NCBI GenBank assembly: GCA_000002435.2
Contig: CM018793.1
Reading direction: 5' to 3' (one strand)
Length of the DNA stretch: 64,000 nucleotides
Origin: Giardia intestinalis
Taxonomy: Eukaryota
The notes under the pieces are model-generated. The model was not told where the DNA came from. It was given only the letters and a program-made list of their open reading frames with translations, and did no database searches. The translations under genes were made by a program, and so were the position numbers. Shown piece by piece: positions 27,839-40,100 of this stretch (its first letter is position 1; each line of letters starts with the position of its first letter).

Positions 27839-30800
27839 CTAGTCCCGGACGAGCTTATAGCGCGAGGCTGCGGTCCTATTAGCCATTCGGCTAGCAGGTG
27901 CCCTTCTGTTTGATTCGTTGCCAAGCTGCTGATATGAAGCAGCCGCTACTGGGGGTGGCGTGGGTTCCTTCTGTACTGGTGGAGGTATCTCGTCGCCATT
28001 CTCGTCTAGTGTGACCCAGCACTCATAGACCTTGGAGTATGCCATTCGCCCCGTGGAATTAGCCTTTAGATCTACCACAGCTACGCCGTCGCCTTCCTGC
28101 TTTGACTTTGAGGGTTTAAAGAAGTTGAAAATCAATGGCTGAGGACGCTTATCCTTTGGCTGTTCTGGAATAGGTTCTTGGCAACCTTTCTCATTGCTGC
28201 TATCGGGGACTAGGACATTTTTTCTAAGAGGAGAAGGTAACGGAATCATTGTAGCGTTGAGGTCAGTTGGGTTGACAGGGGTTGTGACTTCCGAGACTGC
28301 AGGCGTATTGCATGTGTGTGATGATGCAGTGAACTTGGGAACAGTTATTGCTGAAACGTTCAGTGGCACTTGAGGTATGGTCAAGGCCTGGGTAGGTAGT
28401 TCCCTTGCCAGGGAACTTAAGGGATCTATTTGAATGATAGGGGGCGGGGACCTTCCGGATGGTACAACATCCTGGTCTGAACTAGTGCTATACTCGTCAG
28501 TAGACACATCCTGTTCAAAAATGGGGACCTCAGAAGTCTTCCCTCTGAAACCTGGAGGGATTGCTAGAGGAGGAGGAAGATGGGGAACCGTGGTATGCCT
28601 CTCTTCTGGGGTTATGAATGGAAATCCTGGTGGATTCTCCACTAACGTTGTCACGACAGGCTCAGTTGAGCCGGAATAAGTCTGCTCCGGATTCTGTATT
28701 ACGGATGTAGTAAATGCTGAGCCCTGTATTGACTGTGAATCCGAAGCAGATCCTTGATCTATGCTGCTGTTGGGTTCGTACTCTGCTCTGATCAAGGTTG
28801 TGGTGGGGATGGTGACGTTTTCGGTGTAGATCTGCACAGGAGCAGGAGTCAAGGATGAACGTGTCACAGTCTGGCCTCGATAGTTTTCGTGCTGTTGAAT
28901 TACACTCGGGTTGGTTACATTGGTCGATCCACTTGTTTCCGGATCTAGGAGAACCTTTTCGAGGGCACCTAGATCGTTATCCTCACTTTCAAAGCTATCG
29001 TTGTCAAACTCTGGATGGACGCCGAAGTCCAGCGAAGAGTCCTCTACCACCTTTTGGGGATCTTCACATGAGTCGCAGCTTTCAGAGATATCCCCCTGAA
29101 GCATAGTGCATCTTTGGAACTTTGATTTACCCCCTGTGCATCCTACAAATGCTTGGAAGAGAAATTCTGGCTCCTTTCCAAAGAGGTAATCTGTAGTGAG
29201 CCTACCTCTGTCAGTTAAGCTCGGCTCTGCTGATCTGTTGATAGTGCTCGCACCGTTTTCAGAGCACTCACGCTCATCGTGGCTGTCCTTGTCTGCGGCA
29301 GCCATATTCTTTTGCTTCTTTGCATTGTTGCTTTTTAACGTTGATCTCATGCACTGACGTCGAACAATCGGTACTTCATCGCCCAAGATGCTCGTATCGT
29401 GCAGGTTATCCCCAGAAGTTCTGTGTGGCGTGTAGTTGCTTGAAAAATCAGAAGTGAGGACACAATCTATATCAATGCCTTCGATCAGAACTTGAATCTC
29501 CTTCAGCAACGCGCGCTGAGTCGGACGCAAGGACGTTTCACACAGCAAGTCGTCTAGCCAATGATACGCTTCCTTTTGCAGATGATGTACGGATTCTATG
29601 GCCTCAGACGAGATGAGCATCAATTCCTTAATATACTTAGCAGAAATTGATGCCTTGCTTCTGAGTTCTTTCTTGTAATTGCTGGCGAGACGGAGAGTGT
29701 TAATAAATATATCCCCGCACTCAATAGGGGCAACAATAGCTGGATAATCGAACCCCAAGGGATAATCTAGGGTAGCGGTAGAGAGATCATTGATGGGCGT
29801 GGACTTGGAATCAGTTGGAAGACACGACGGCTTCATAAGCAGGGCGTCGCTGTCTGCGGCTACCGCATCCTTACGCGTCAAGTACTCACCTGAAAGATTA
29901 ACCCGTGAAATAACTTGCTCGATACTGCTATAGGCCATGGTGGTGTATAAAAGACCATACCTGGCTAGCGTATCATTGGTCCGGCTCTCTCTTCGCAAAA
30001 ACCCTGCAAACGCGAGCTTATATGGAAGGAGGTGGGGGAAGAACGGCAGAGTAAGGTCATATTTGTAGGAGTGGTGGAACCCGTGATTGGCCAATAGCAC
30101 CGGCTTTGTTGCCTGATAGAATAACTCGTGCGGGATATGCGTTGTACGAAAATGAATATATTCTAAAATCTCGTGAATTCTGAAAGTAAATAGATCAACG
30201 GACTGAATGTTCTTCGTAGGAAGTTTTTGCAAGAAGAGCTCTAGTTCAGTAGACACCTCTGATCGAATGTGCTTCCCCCCAATATTAATGGGTCCACTCA
30301 CATGGGGTTGAGATGTCTGCCCCTCCATTTGTCCAGACTCCGCAGGAAAAAGGTCTGTAAAGCAGAAACGACCATAACTATCATAGACAGGGGGGATTCC
30401 TAATAGAATACACAGAAGTGCACGAAGATAGCGATTCTCAGATGCTTCTTTAGAGTACACCAGAAGCGATACCAGGACATCGTTCCGCTCATCTTTGGTG
30501 AGAACATGAATATAGGAGAATGCTATTTTATGTAGAATGTCTCCTGCGGTAAATGTGGCGTACTGTCTTCTGATGCTAGATCCTGGCCCAGAATTTTGCA
30601 GCAAGGACACCAGAGATCCATCCCAATGAATTCGGGGTCCTCCCGCATCAGCGTAGAGCTCTCCTTGCTCCATCGTTGTCAGCATCTGTGGACGCTCCTT
30701 AAAGTCTGCGGTTGTAGTAGCATTTGTGGCTGAACTCGGATGTTGGTCATGACTGGTCTTAAAGTGTGATGATTTTGAGTCGCTACTGCTGCCTTGTACT

Positions 30801-33313
30801 GAGCTCCAACGCAAGTGCCGATTCTTAGTTGCATATGCGGAGTACAGAAGAGAAAGAGTGGGGTCAATAGACGAGTATACATGACCCTCAAATGCAGCCA
30901 AGGCAGAGCAAAGAACCTCAGCATTTCCAGATACTATGGCTAGGTACAGTGCGTGATCGTACATCTCGTGGTCTAAACACTGGTTAACCACTGTCTCCGG
31001 GGGTGACGAGAGCAGCTCCTGTCGAATGTCCTCCAAAGCTTTAGAGGCCCCCTTGGGCTTCTCTGGTAATGACGAGTAGCAGGGGCTCGACAAGGAAGCA
31101 AGAAGGTCCCTGCAAAACCGTGCCAAGTTGGTCCTGTTGTCATCCGTGTCAAATGTACAGTTACGTAGCTCTGGACATGCTGTAAGCAGCCGGAAGCGGA
31201 TAGCTTGTAGGATAAGTTGTTTATATGAGGGAAGATTCCTCTGGGATCCCGAAGACGCTGATAGTTCCTCTCCCAGTAGGCTGTCTAAATAACCGAGGAT
31301 TCTTGCAGCAGATGCAGAGGGCAGGATGGGAAACAGAGTAGGATCATCATCAAATCTTCTACTATAGTAGGGAACGTGCGCTGTCCTCTTTCCTTGGCCG
31401 GAGGCGTGAGTGGCCGGCTGCTTAGCGTCTTGTCTGACAGACTCTGTCAGGGAAACATGGGGAATCTCGATGGAAGACGTGAGATCCAATGGACTATTAG
31501 ACTTCTCATCTATATTACTGGCCTCAGTAACACCCGTTTGGGTGCCTTCCCTGGAGCCTATGGGCTTTGGTACAATAGTATCTCTGGTTAGTGTGATTCT
31601 GGATGGGGTAATACCCTTGCACGACTTAGCGCGACGCTCTGTAAGGAGCACAACGGAGCGTGTATCATAGATAACAGGAGATGCAGTTCCTAGAATGGGC
31701 TCGGCCGTGGGAGCCGCTAGTATCCCACCTTTATCCGAGTTCATAGCATCCTGTTGCGCAGCCATGTTCATTGGCTTTTCAGCCTTGCTAACTTCGTAGT
31801 AAGCCGTGCTAGCGGTCTTCTCGCCCTCAGAAAGTTCAGAGACGGTCGGAGCGGACTCCCTCTCCACACTCTTCTCTGAACTATCTTTTACGGTAGTAAG
31901 AGTGACTCCAGCACCGGTGCCAAGCTCAGCATTGCAAGGATCCAGAAGTAGCTGAGTAGAGTCACAGAGTTCGGTTATCCCGCCGCGAAGGAGGGAGGCA
32001 GACGTGGTTGGATCGTTTGCATATCTAGGTTCCACGTTGTTATCGTGAAACAGTCCCTTTGTTGGTGAGTCACACTCTTGTTGCAAGTTAGAGTTTTCAG
32101 CCCAGTAGTCAGGGGGCTCCACAGTGCTTCTCCTGTTAAAGGTGGCCGTGACTAACTCGTGCGACGATAACCTTGGCTTCTTGACGTAGGGATTGGTTAT
32201 CTCACTAGCATTATCCGTCTCGCTCTGCTCCTTGAGGGTCCCGCTGTGACAAACCACGTGATTTGGTCTTGTCCTGTTAGTAGCATTGTTAAGGCTTGCG
32301 TGCTTAGAGATAGACGCTCCAGGAACAAGGGTATGAGAGGGAGAGCTATTCAAATAGCGTAGATCCTGGTCAGTGTCGAACGCGCTTCCCGAAACGAGCA
32401 GTTGGTTGTCAGTAACGGATCTGTTAGCAGGGGTAATATCCTCGCTATCGCAATTGTGCGATAGCCTGTCAATGCTAGTGCTGAAGTAAGAGTGGGGTTT
32501 TTGATCTGCGATATTCATCATTATAGCTAAAGGCTGCGCTGCTGTATGTGCCTTTGAAGCAGCTGCTTCCTGCTGTCTCGCCTCTGTTTCTGAAGCACGG
32601 AAATCAGATCTGCCCATATGAGGACCTCCATGTAAATTTATGATAATTCCGTCAAAGCTGGGGTCAGCTAGTTCCATCCGTATTTCTTGATTATGGAGGT
32701 TATCGGACTTAGGTGCTTCATCTGTCTCCCCCTCTGTGGCGAACTCTTGAGTTGTCTTCTCACTAGAGGCCATGGATAGTTTTGCAGATTCAGGTGAAAT
32801 TCCAGGCTGCTGAGTCTGTCTGAAATAAGATAGGGGGCCTAGATCAGGGAACGGCGGGGCTTCGCTGGTCACAACGCTCGCTGGTAGAGCATCGCCAGCG
32901 TCGCTTGCAGCATCTATTTGCTCCTTGGAGTCGTCTAAGAACACATTGTGTTGGATGCTCTCTTGGGTAATGCTAATTAAAGCAGGATCAAGGATCTGCA
33001 GCTCATTCGGCTGCACTGCTGACTCGGAGGGACTCAGTGGAATAGTGTTCGTCTGAGGAGTCGCAAAGGTAGAGGCAGAATTGATTGGTTGTAGAGGTAA
33101 TGCTACTGGTGGACCCACCTGCGACCTGGCGGGAGCTCTGCGCCGGCCTCTGCGGGTCCCTGCACCGGGGCTTGCTATTTCAGAAGAGCTCCCCTTCATC
33201 TGGGCTAGTGTTGGTGGTGGGAGAATGGTGGCCGGGTCAGCTGGGAAAGAAGGATCCATTGATTGAACAACAGCTCTAAAATAAAAAACGTTCCCTACCC
33301 TACCATACATCAT
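27839..33313 (-). CDS. Giant hypothetical protein (~1,824 aa) with disordered Ser/Thr/Pro-rich flanks and a helical core
   Basis: Track start 33337 is TTG. The first ATG pair (MMYGRVGNVFYF) is at 33313, preceded by gtataaaaatcgagcagATGATG. The central ~550 aa (…DHEMYDHALYLAIVSGNAEVLCSALAAFEG…LLCILLGIPPVYDSYGRFCF…) looks globular or helical. The rest is low complexity. Confidence 0.7.
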   Translation of the reverse strand: MMYGRVGNVFYFRAVVQSMDPSFPADPATILPPPTLAQMKGSSSEIASPGAGTRRGRRRAPARSQVGPPVALPLQPINSASTFATPQTNTIPLSPSESAVQPNELQILDPALISITQESIQHNVFLDDSKEQIDAASDAGDALPASVVTSEAPPFPDLGPLSYFRQTQQPGISPESAKLSMASSEKTTQEFATEGETDEAPKSDNLHNQEIRMELADPSFDGIIINLHGGPHMGRSDFRASETEARQQEAAASKAHTAAQPLAIMMNIADQKPHSYFSTSIDRLSHNCDSEDITPANRSVTDNQLLVSGSAFDTDQDLRYLNSSPSHTLVPGASISKHASLNNATNRTRPNHVVCHSGTLKEQSETDNASEITNPYVKKPRLSSHELVTATFNRRSTVEPPDYWAENSNLQQECDSPTKGLFHDNNVEPRYANDPTTSASLLRGGITELCDSTQLLLDPCNAELGTGAGVTLTTVKDSSEKSVERESAPTVSELSEGEKTASTAYYEVSKAEKPMNMAAQQDAMNSDKGGILAAPTAEPILGTASPVIYDTRSVVLLTERRAKSCKGITPSRITLTRDTIVPKPIGSREGTQTGVTEASNIDEKSNSPLDLTSSIEIPHVSLTESVRQDAKQPATHASGQGKRTAHVPYYSRRFDDDPTLFPILPSASAARILGYLDSLLGEELSASSGSQRNLPSYKQLILQAIRFRLLTACPELRNCTFDTDDNRTNLARFCRDLLASLSSPCYSSLPEKPKGASKALEDIRQELLSSPPETVVNQCLDHEMYDHALYLAIVSGNAEVLCSALAAFEGHVYSSIDPTLSLLYSAYATKNRHLRWSSVQGSSSDSKSSHFKTSHDQHPSSATNATTTADFKERPQMLTTMEQGELYADAGGPRIHWDGSLVSLLQNSGPGSSIRRQYATFTAGDILHKIAFSYIHVLTKDERNDVLVSLLVYSKEASENRYLRALLCILLGIPPVYDSYGRFCFTDLFPAESGQMEGQTSQPHVSGPINIGGKHIRSEVSTELELFLQKLPTKNIQSVDLFTFRIHEILEYIHFRTTHIPHELFYQATKPVLLANHGFHHSYKYDLTLPFFPHLLPYKLAFAGFLRRESRTNDTLARYGLLYTTMAYSSIEQVISRVNLSGEYLTRKDAVAADSDALLMKPSCLPTDSKSTPINDLSTATLDYPLGFDYPAIVAPIECGDIFINTLRLASNYKKELRSKASISAKYIKELMLISSEAIESVHHLQKEAYHWLDDLLCETSLRPTQRALLKEIQVLIEGIDIDCVLTSDFSSNYTPHRTSGDNLHDTSILGDEVPIVRRQCMRSTLKSNNAKKQKNMAAADKDSHDERECSENGASTINRSAEPSLTDRGRLTTDYLFGKEPEFLFQAFVGCTGGKSKFQRCTMLQGDISESCDSCEDPQKVVEDSSLDFGVHPEFDNDSFESEDNDLGALEKVLLDPETSGSTNVTNPSVIQQHENYRGQTVTRSSLTPAPVQIYTENVTIPTTTLIRAEYEPNSSIDQGSASDSQSIQGSAFTTSVIQNPEQTYSGSTEPVVTTLVENPPGFPFITPEERHTTVPHLPPPLAIPPGFRGKTSEVPIFEQDVSTDEYSTSSDQDVVPSGRSPPPIIQIDPLSSLARELPTQALTIPQVPLNVSAITVPKFTASSHTCNTPAVSEVTTPVNPTDLNATMIPLPSPLRKNVLVPDSSNEKGCQEPIPEQPKDKRPQPLIFNFFKPSKSKQEGDGVAVVDLKANSTGRMAYSKVYECWVTLDENGDEIPPPVQKEPTPPPVAAASYQQLGNESNRRAPASRMANRTAASRYKLVRD

Positions 33314-33354
33314 CTGCTCGATTTTTATACGCAGCAACTAATCTGCGCCCTCGA
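33314..33354. promoter_or_regulatory. 41-bp bidirectional promoter/initiator region
   Basis: ctgctcgatttttatacgcagcaactaatctgcgccctcgaATG. This is the entire spacer between divergent starts 33313 (-) and 33355 (+), with an A/T-rich core atttttatac. Confidence 0.4.
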
Positions 33355-34005
33355 ATGAGCTCGAGCCACACGCGGGAGAACGGCCCGTCCCAATCCACCG
33401 ACGGCACACGCGCCTCTGCAGTGCACATGCCGGAATCTGTAAAAGCCAGGAAAATGCAAATTTACAGTAGATCCTCCAGTAGGGCCCAGCCGAAAGTTCG
33501 AGACTGCGACGGATGGGATGTCGAGGATGACGACCCAGAGTCCTCACGTGGCGCAGAAAAGGCGAAACCTAAAAGATCGGATGAAGATCAGCGGTCCAGT
33601 GGTAAAACGCGGGAAGAGGACCTACCACTCATTGTAGAGAAACTGAAGACCAACACAAAGATGCTTATCAAGAACATCACCAGGCAAAACGACGTGATCA
33701 CGAATCAGCTTGAAACTATCAATAAGCAAAACGAGAAAATTAAGAGCCTGGAAGAGCGACTCGAGAAGCTGGAGAGCAGGCTGTCGGAGAAAGAGCAGGA
33801 GGAGAAGCGGGTACAGTTTGCAGGCCTCGATATAAAGAGAGAAGAAGAGAAGGAGGATGAGGCCCTTTTTAAAAAGAAGGTGCTGGGCGTGGTTAGCAAG
33901 GAGCTAGAGCACGTAGAATATGTATGCCACATTGTCGAGGCTATTCAGACGCTGGATGCAGAGCTGGATGAGGTTCGGAAGTTTATCCGCCAGGCGTTCA
34001 GCTAG
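33355..34005 (+). CDS. Hypothetical coiled-coil protein
   Basis: 216 aa. Acidic/basic N-terminus, then a heptad-rich segment (ITNQLETINKQNEKIKSLEERLEKLESRLSEKEQEEKR). Confidence 0.55.
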   Translation: MSSSHTRENGPSQSTDGTRASAVHMPESVKARKMQIYSRSSSRAQPKVRDCDGWDVEDDDPESSRGAEKAKPKRSDEDQRSSGKTREEDLPLIVEKLKTNTKMLIKNITRQNDVITNQLETINKQNEKIKSLEERLEKLESRLSEKEQEEKRVQFAGLDIKREEEKEDEALFKKKVLGVVSKELEHVEYVCHIVEAIQTLDAELDEVRKFIRQAFS

Positions 34006-34030
34006 GTCATTAACTGGGGAAGAGAGTTTT

Positions 34031-34037
34031 AGTAAAC
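34031..34037 (+). promoter_or_regulatory. AGTAAAC poly(A) signal
   Basis: agagagttttAGTAAACagg, 26 nt downstream of the TAG stop at 34003-34005. Confidence 0.45.
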
Positions 34038-34173
34038 AGGACAGAGCCCAGATCCTGGGCTCCCTCGCTCCATAGCTAAACTTTAGAATTTTGTACAAAC
34101 TGTACACAAGAATGGACTTTGTACAATTTTAGAGAAAATTATCGCACAAATTTGAGAGCTTATACACAACAAG

Positions 34174-37100
34174 ATGCCTTTTGCAGGCTCGGCGCACCCA
34201 CCTATACTACAGCAGAAAGGCCCGGCCAAGCAGAAAATGCAGCGGCCGGAAACTCCCTTGGGAGCAAGCATGGCGCGCCGCACCTGCATGGAAGGCTCTC
34301 TTGTTTATTTGGATAAGTCTACGAACATAAAGAGCATGCAACGCGTCAATCACTCAATCATAATGGCTAACTATACCGTGCTAGAGATCCTCGGACAAGG
34401 ATGCTCTGGGAAAACCTACAAGGTTCTTTTCCAAAGGGACGGACGACTCTATGCAATGAAAAAGAAGCGAAGCGCTACCAGTGAAGACGTCAAGGAAGGC
34501 ATTCTGATCACATCGCTGAAGTGCCCTGTCTGTATACCGTGCTATCTCTGTTGGATAGAGGACAATAGTACGTACTTTGTCACAGACCTAGCTCATTGTA
34601 GTCTCGATAGCATTCTTGACTACTATCATTTTCTTATTGAGGATCTCATCTGGATACTGATGGCAGACATCTCTATGGCTCTGGAGTACATCCACGCTAA
34701 CGGGATTGCACATTGTGATCTAAAGCCAGAGAACATCTTGGTCACCAACAGGATAGATGGGTATAACGTCCCTCCCAAGAATTGTGGAGATAGCTACACC
34801 ATTGACACTAGTATGGACCGCTTAACTCCCATAAACGATCCCAATCTCAAGAGGTCTTACGTAGCACAGCGTGCCGCCGCGTTGGCAAGATCCAAGTCCG
34901 ACAAGGCAAAGGACACATACATTAATAAGAGCCAGAATAAGCCTTTTTCAGTCGCCTCTTCCTCTCATTCTCAGCAAGCTAGTGCAACCAACACTGTTCC
35001 CACAACTGGTGTAGCCAGTGTTGTCAGCACACCAATGCATACCAGTATTGTGAGCACTGCAGTCAATCAAAAACTGTCAGAGGACACCCTTTATCCAATC
35101 GCCTCAGAAAACGTCACGACATCTATGGATCAACTCTCACTTCACACCACCTTTCCTCGCGCGCAAGTTATCCACAGTGATCTCAGGAATTGCATCTTAT
35201 CGACACATAGACAGAGCTTTCCACTTATTATCTCACCATGTTATGAGCGTGCAGCTGACGGAAAATACTTTGTTCGACACAAAAAGGGAGGGTTCCTCCT
35301 CGACAAGATCAACCTGATCAAGAGAAGCTATTCAGATAGCACCCTAGTGGTCCTGAAGCACACAGAAACAATGTTGTCGAATAATTATCCGCGTGAATAC
35401 ATCTTTTGTGAATATGAGGACCAATTTCACAATGAGGTGCAAGATAATTCCCACTTAATCATTCAGCACTTTGAGCTAGGGAGCCCGATGAAGACAAGAT
35501 ACTCCACCCCAATGCATAGGTTCAGTAGCACCTTGAACCAAACTATGGACTGCCAGGCCGTGGACGCAGATGTCGACCAAGGCATGCGTATTCCGCATTT
35601 GGGCATGTCTGAACCTGTCATTAATTTTCACTTCGTCAATATCTCTGAGCGGATAAGTGACACAGAGTGGACACGCTCCTTTGAAAAACCCCAAAGCACA
35701 ATAGAAAACAGCGTGGACTCGGTCGTCTTTTCAAGCAAGCAAGACCTAGAGGTCTTTCGCGTTGAGGAGGAATCCTCGGGAGGGATGAAATCCAACTGTG
35801 TCCCCAATGAGTTAATGCGCCACAGCTCAGTGCTTGCTGTAAGTGCAAAGTCTTTAGAGAAGGCAGATGACGTCATAGAGGATCTAGAAGAATCACTGAC
35901 GGCAACGCAACCCTCTAAGAAAGTGGAGGTCGATCATCTCAGCACTGATGCCACTCTCCAGAATACATCACCAACATCGCAGAGCAACAAAGCAATAACC
36001 TTACTAGCCACATGCAAGCATGATCACACGTGCCATTCTGCCGTTTTCAATTGCAGTGAAGACTCGTCCACAACTAACCCAAAACACGCAACCAAGCTTG
36101 TAAGCCTTCAGAAGGATAAGTCAGTATTGTGTGCTGCATTTCGAAAGCTTCCTCGTAATAACAGCTACCGACTAGCCCTTCTCGCCATGGTCAGTAGGAA
36201 GCCCCTGTACAGTCTGTACTTTAATACCAGATTCCTTTACAGGAGAAGACCTAACCATTGGGCATACTATTTCAACCATTGCAAAAAGCATACCTATCAC
36301 ATAGCAAAGCCATCCTTTCTTCTCTGTAGGAGTGTCAATAGTGTACCAATTAAGCCAAAAACCTTGATGGACGAGATACTATCATTGAGCCATTATGACC
36401 ATAACTCCCAAATACCTACGGTTACCATGCCAGCTCCTCAGGATCAAGAGTCAGTAGACCAAGATTCTCGCGGTATTAAAAGTGCCATAACCATTGGCTT
36501 AGCTAAGAACTTCTTACTAGATAGCTGCTCGTCGTCAGGCCTCTATATTGATGAGAAATCCATCAAGTATGCCAACCACGACTCTTCCAAGTCCAGCATC
36601 TTGTCGAGCCATTTAGAGGGAGACATTTCGCCCAGTATTGAAGCAGATACATTTACAAAGCAGCTATCATCAATTCCTCACCAGTCACGGTGTGCAATGC
36701 TCCCTGCCCCAGCGACTACTGGGCAATGCAGCCATCAGCCTAACTTAGCCATCCAGTACAATTTTGATAGATACCACCACTCTGGAGAGAACCCCAAGGT
36801 GGACACTTTCAGAAAGCGGGGGCACACAATGTATAACTCTAGCAGGCATGCTTTGCAGGCCACTACGTCTCCTCCTAGTAGATCATGCTCCCAAGGCCTA
36901 ACAACCTGGAGCGTATCTCGGCCCACAACCGACCTGTCTCTTTCTTTGCTACTGGAACCTACATCTACCTACGACTCAGCTATAACAGAATATGCACAGT
37001 ACAGAACAAATAACTTTAAAACTAATTCCCGACATAATGAATTGGCAGAGTCATTGAACAAACCAACCTTGCAAGGACAAAAAAGGCAAAATGCATTTCT

Positions 37101-40100
37101 AGGGTCACTCCCTGACGACATGCAGCTCTTTAATCTCTCTCACAGTGCACACTTTCAAAATGGCAGCTTCTCAGGAGACATCCAACCACCGTTCTTTGAA
37201 GATTATAGCTATCCTAATTCGCGATATGCATTTAGTCCCGCACAGGCTTATAAAACCCCGTTCACGAGATCTACTGGCTCTCAAAAGAAGCATGACCCCT
37301 GCATATACGCATCATCAAGCAAAGTCCATCGTCTTTGTAGGCCAAAGGACATGTATGCTGTGCTCGATGTGCATCCTTTTCAACAGATGGGGTTTATGGA
37401 CTCGGATATCTCTTGCTTGCTGCCCCCCTATGGGTATCAATTATATAGGGCAAACAACCTCTTGTCAACATCTATGTGCGGAGATACATATGGAAATCAC
37501 AGTCCAATGAACTTCTTATCATTAGTGCCTTCTACTTCCCACACGCCTGTCAACGTAGTTCCAGTTGCCGTTGATACAGAGCACAGCAGTCCTGAGTCAT
37601 CCTCCTCTAACGAAGGATCCGTACAGCACACTCCCCTACTGACGCCTCGCCAGTTTCCAGTTCTTCCAGGCCCTCCTGACCGAGATGCTAACTGTTCAAA
37701 CTGTTCACAGCCCTCTATCAAGTCTGCCTCTTTTCAGGACAGTATGAAATGCGGTGACCAAACTAAGCAGTCTAATAGACCTATCTTCTCACCAGTGTCC
37801 TCAGATACGTCCCTGAGCAGGTCTTCAGTGATCAATACATGCAATTCTCAGTCAATCCTTCAGAACCTGGTCTTTACCCTTTCCGACTTCGGGCACGCTC
37901 AAGAAGCACCATTCAAGGAAAGTAACACAGGGGATAGTCGATATATATGCCCCCAATTTTTGCGTACGGGAATCCCAGATTACTCAGCAGATGTATATTC
38001 TTTTGGGATGACAATCCTTGAAGTCATGACTAACGTCAACATTCCCCCCAACGGCGAGTCTTTTGAGTGTTTGAGAAGCCACAAAAAAGCCGTATTAGAC
38101 ATGCTGGATGCTAACGTATTTGGGCGGAACTTAAGTGCACAGTTGCACGAGGACGATGCAGCAGGGTCTGACCTTCACAGGTCTTTATCGTTCATTACGC
38201 CGCGCATCACCTACAGTAAAGATCTCTGGCTGGCAATGTTGGATCTCATCGAGCCAGACACGTCTCTACGACCCTCTATTAGGACTTGGCGTAAAAAGTG
38301 GAAAAGTCAGCTGGACCGTATAGACAGAACTAAGCTTTACCAAAAGATAGAGTCTGATCAGCGCGCAGTTGGCCTAATAATGAACGACCGTTTAGCACCG
38401 TCTGCCGTTGATAAGATGAAAGATGCTAGTTCCAAAGATCTTCTTTTCCCGCAGCATACAAGTTTTACCAACGGCGATAGCAGCCATAACCCTTTTCAGT
38501 CCACAGTCTCATCTTGCAAATCCAACGCAGACTTTATCAATACACTGAACTCAACGTATCAATCTAAAGTATATTATAACAAAGACAATCAAATACACCC
38601 CCATTCTATCAATAATTCCACAGCAACTAGCACTAAAATGGTTCCTATTAAATGGTTAGACTCTTGCTTCTGCCAGGACCCCTCGAAGTCTACAAATGCA
38701 ATTTCTTCTATTAACAGACCTGCAGATATGTTAAACACGCGACCACTGAATTATGGAGATCTGCACTGCTCAGCTCACCTTGACACTCAGCTGAACCCCA
38801 GTGACTTGTGCCACGATACGTACAAACACGCTGTCCCGGTTCCTGGGACATATACTTCAATCTGCTCTTGTGATACTCCATGCAATGTTTACGCCAAATC
38901 AAGGAGCAGGAGCCATTGTACTGACTTTCAATCACGGACAGAGTTGCTGGGTCCAGATATAGGAGACGACTATCTGGACTTCGGCTTATCCTATAGGCAA
39001 GAGTCCATGACTCCGACAACCATTGTTATAAACAAACAGCACACAAATACACAGGGCTCTTTACAGCAAGATCATCATCATGTTGTAGGAGCTATGTCGA
39101 TGGGCCCAGCAAAGTCGGTGCACAAATCAGCTCGCTCAGAAGGAGCTGAAACCCCTGCGTCACTTGAGAGGTGCGGCTATCTGTCGCTAAATTGGCACTC
39201 GTCACTAAACGAAGATAGCTTCGAACTGGATCACTCTCAACTGAAGTCGCCGACAAGTGCCCTTCAGAAAGCTCATCAGTCTGCGTTGACATGTGCAGGA
39301 CTCGATGTGGGAGCACTAGACTCGTTTTCCATCCGGGCAGAGTCGGATATGATCCTGCTTGACAATCGCATGCGCGAGGCCCCTTCCGAGATTCAGGTGG
39401 GAGAGCCGTTCCCCATTAGCTTTCAGTCGCATGAGTCCAGCGAGTCCGCGCTTCTTTCCACGGAGCTGCAGCTAAAGGCTCTCGTAGACGACGGGAGTTG
39501 TGAGAACCTGGACGTAGAACCCAAGGATAGTGACCACCTCATAAAGAGCGCCGTGAACACGACTCTCAGCTCTAAGGCACACGCCAGCACACAATCGGTG
39601 GCATTGTTTGCCTCACCTCGCAAACCGGCAGAGCAGACCTCCGCCACTTGCACCTCAGAGAGTCAGATCGACTCTATCCAGAACGACACATTGGCTGTTG
39701 GTAAGCACGTTGCAGTCGGGCAAGCTCACTCTAGTGCTAGTTTCACGTCCAATACGACAGACCGTGGAAAAGCGAACAATCCGACGCAATCCATAGTTAA
39801 CACGCTTCTAAATTCTCCTGTGTCCGGGATCTTCGAACACAGTGATCACAGTGACCTGAGCGTCCATAGTACCAAGAGTAGCAAGAGCTGTAACAGTACG
39901 CTCCACCAAAGCGTAGTGCATCCAAAGAGCTTCGTCAAAAGCTCCCTATCAGATCAGAAGTCCCATCTGGGACAAAAGGATTATGCGAGCACCCAATCAC
40001 TTACATCCAGTTGCGAGAGTGCCCTCAGAAACACTCACTCACTGCCACACATATCTCCACTGTGCTCTTCGTTGAGGTCCGTCATACTCAGCGCTAATCC

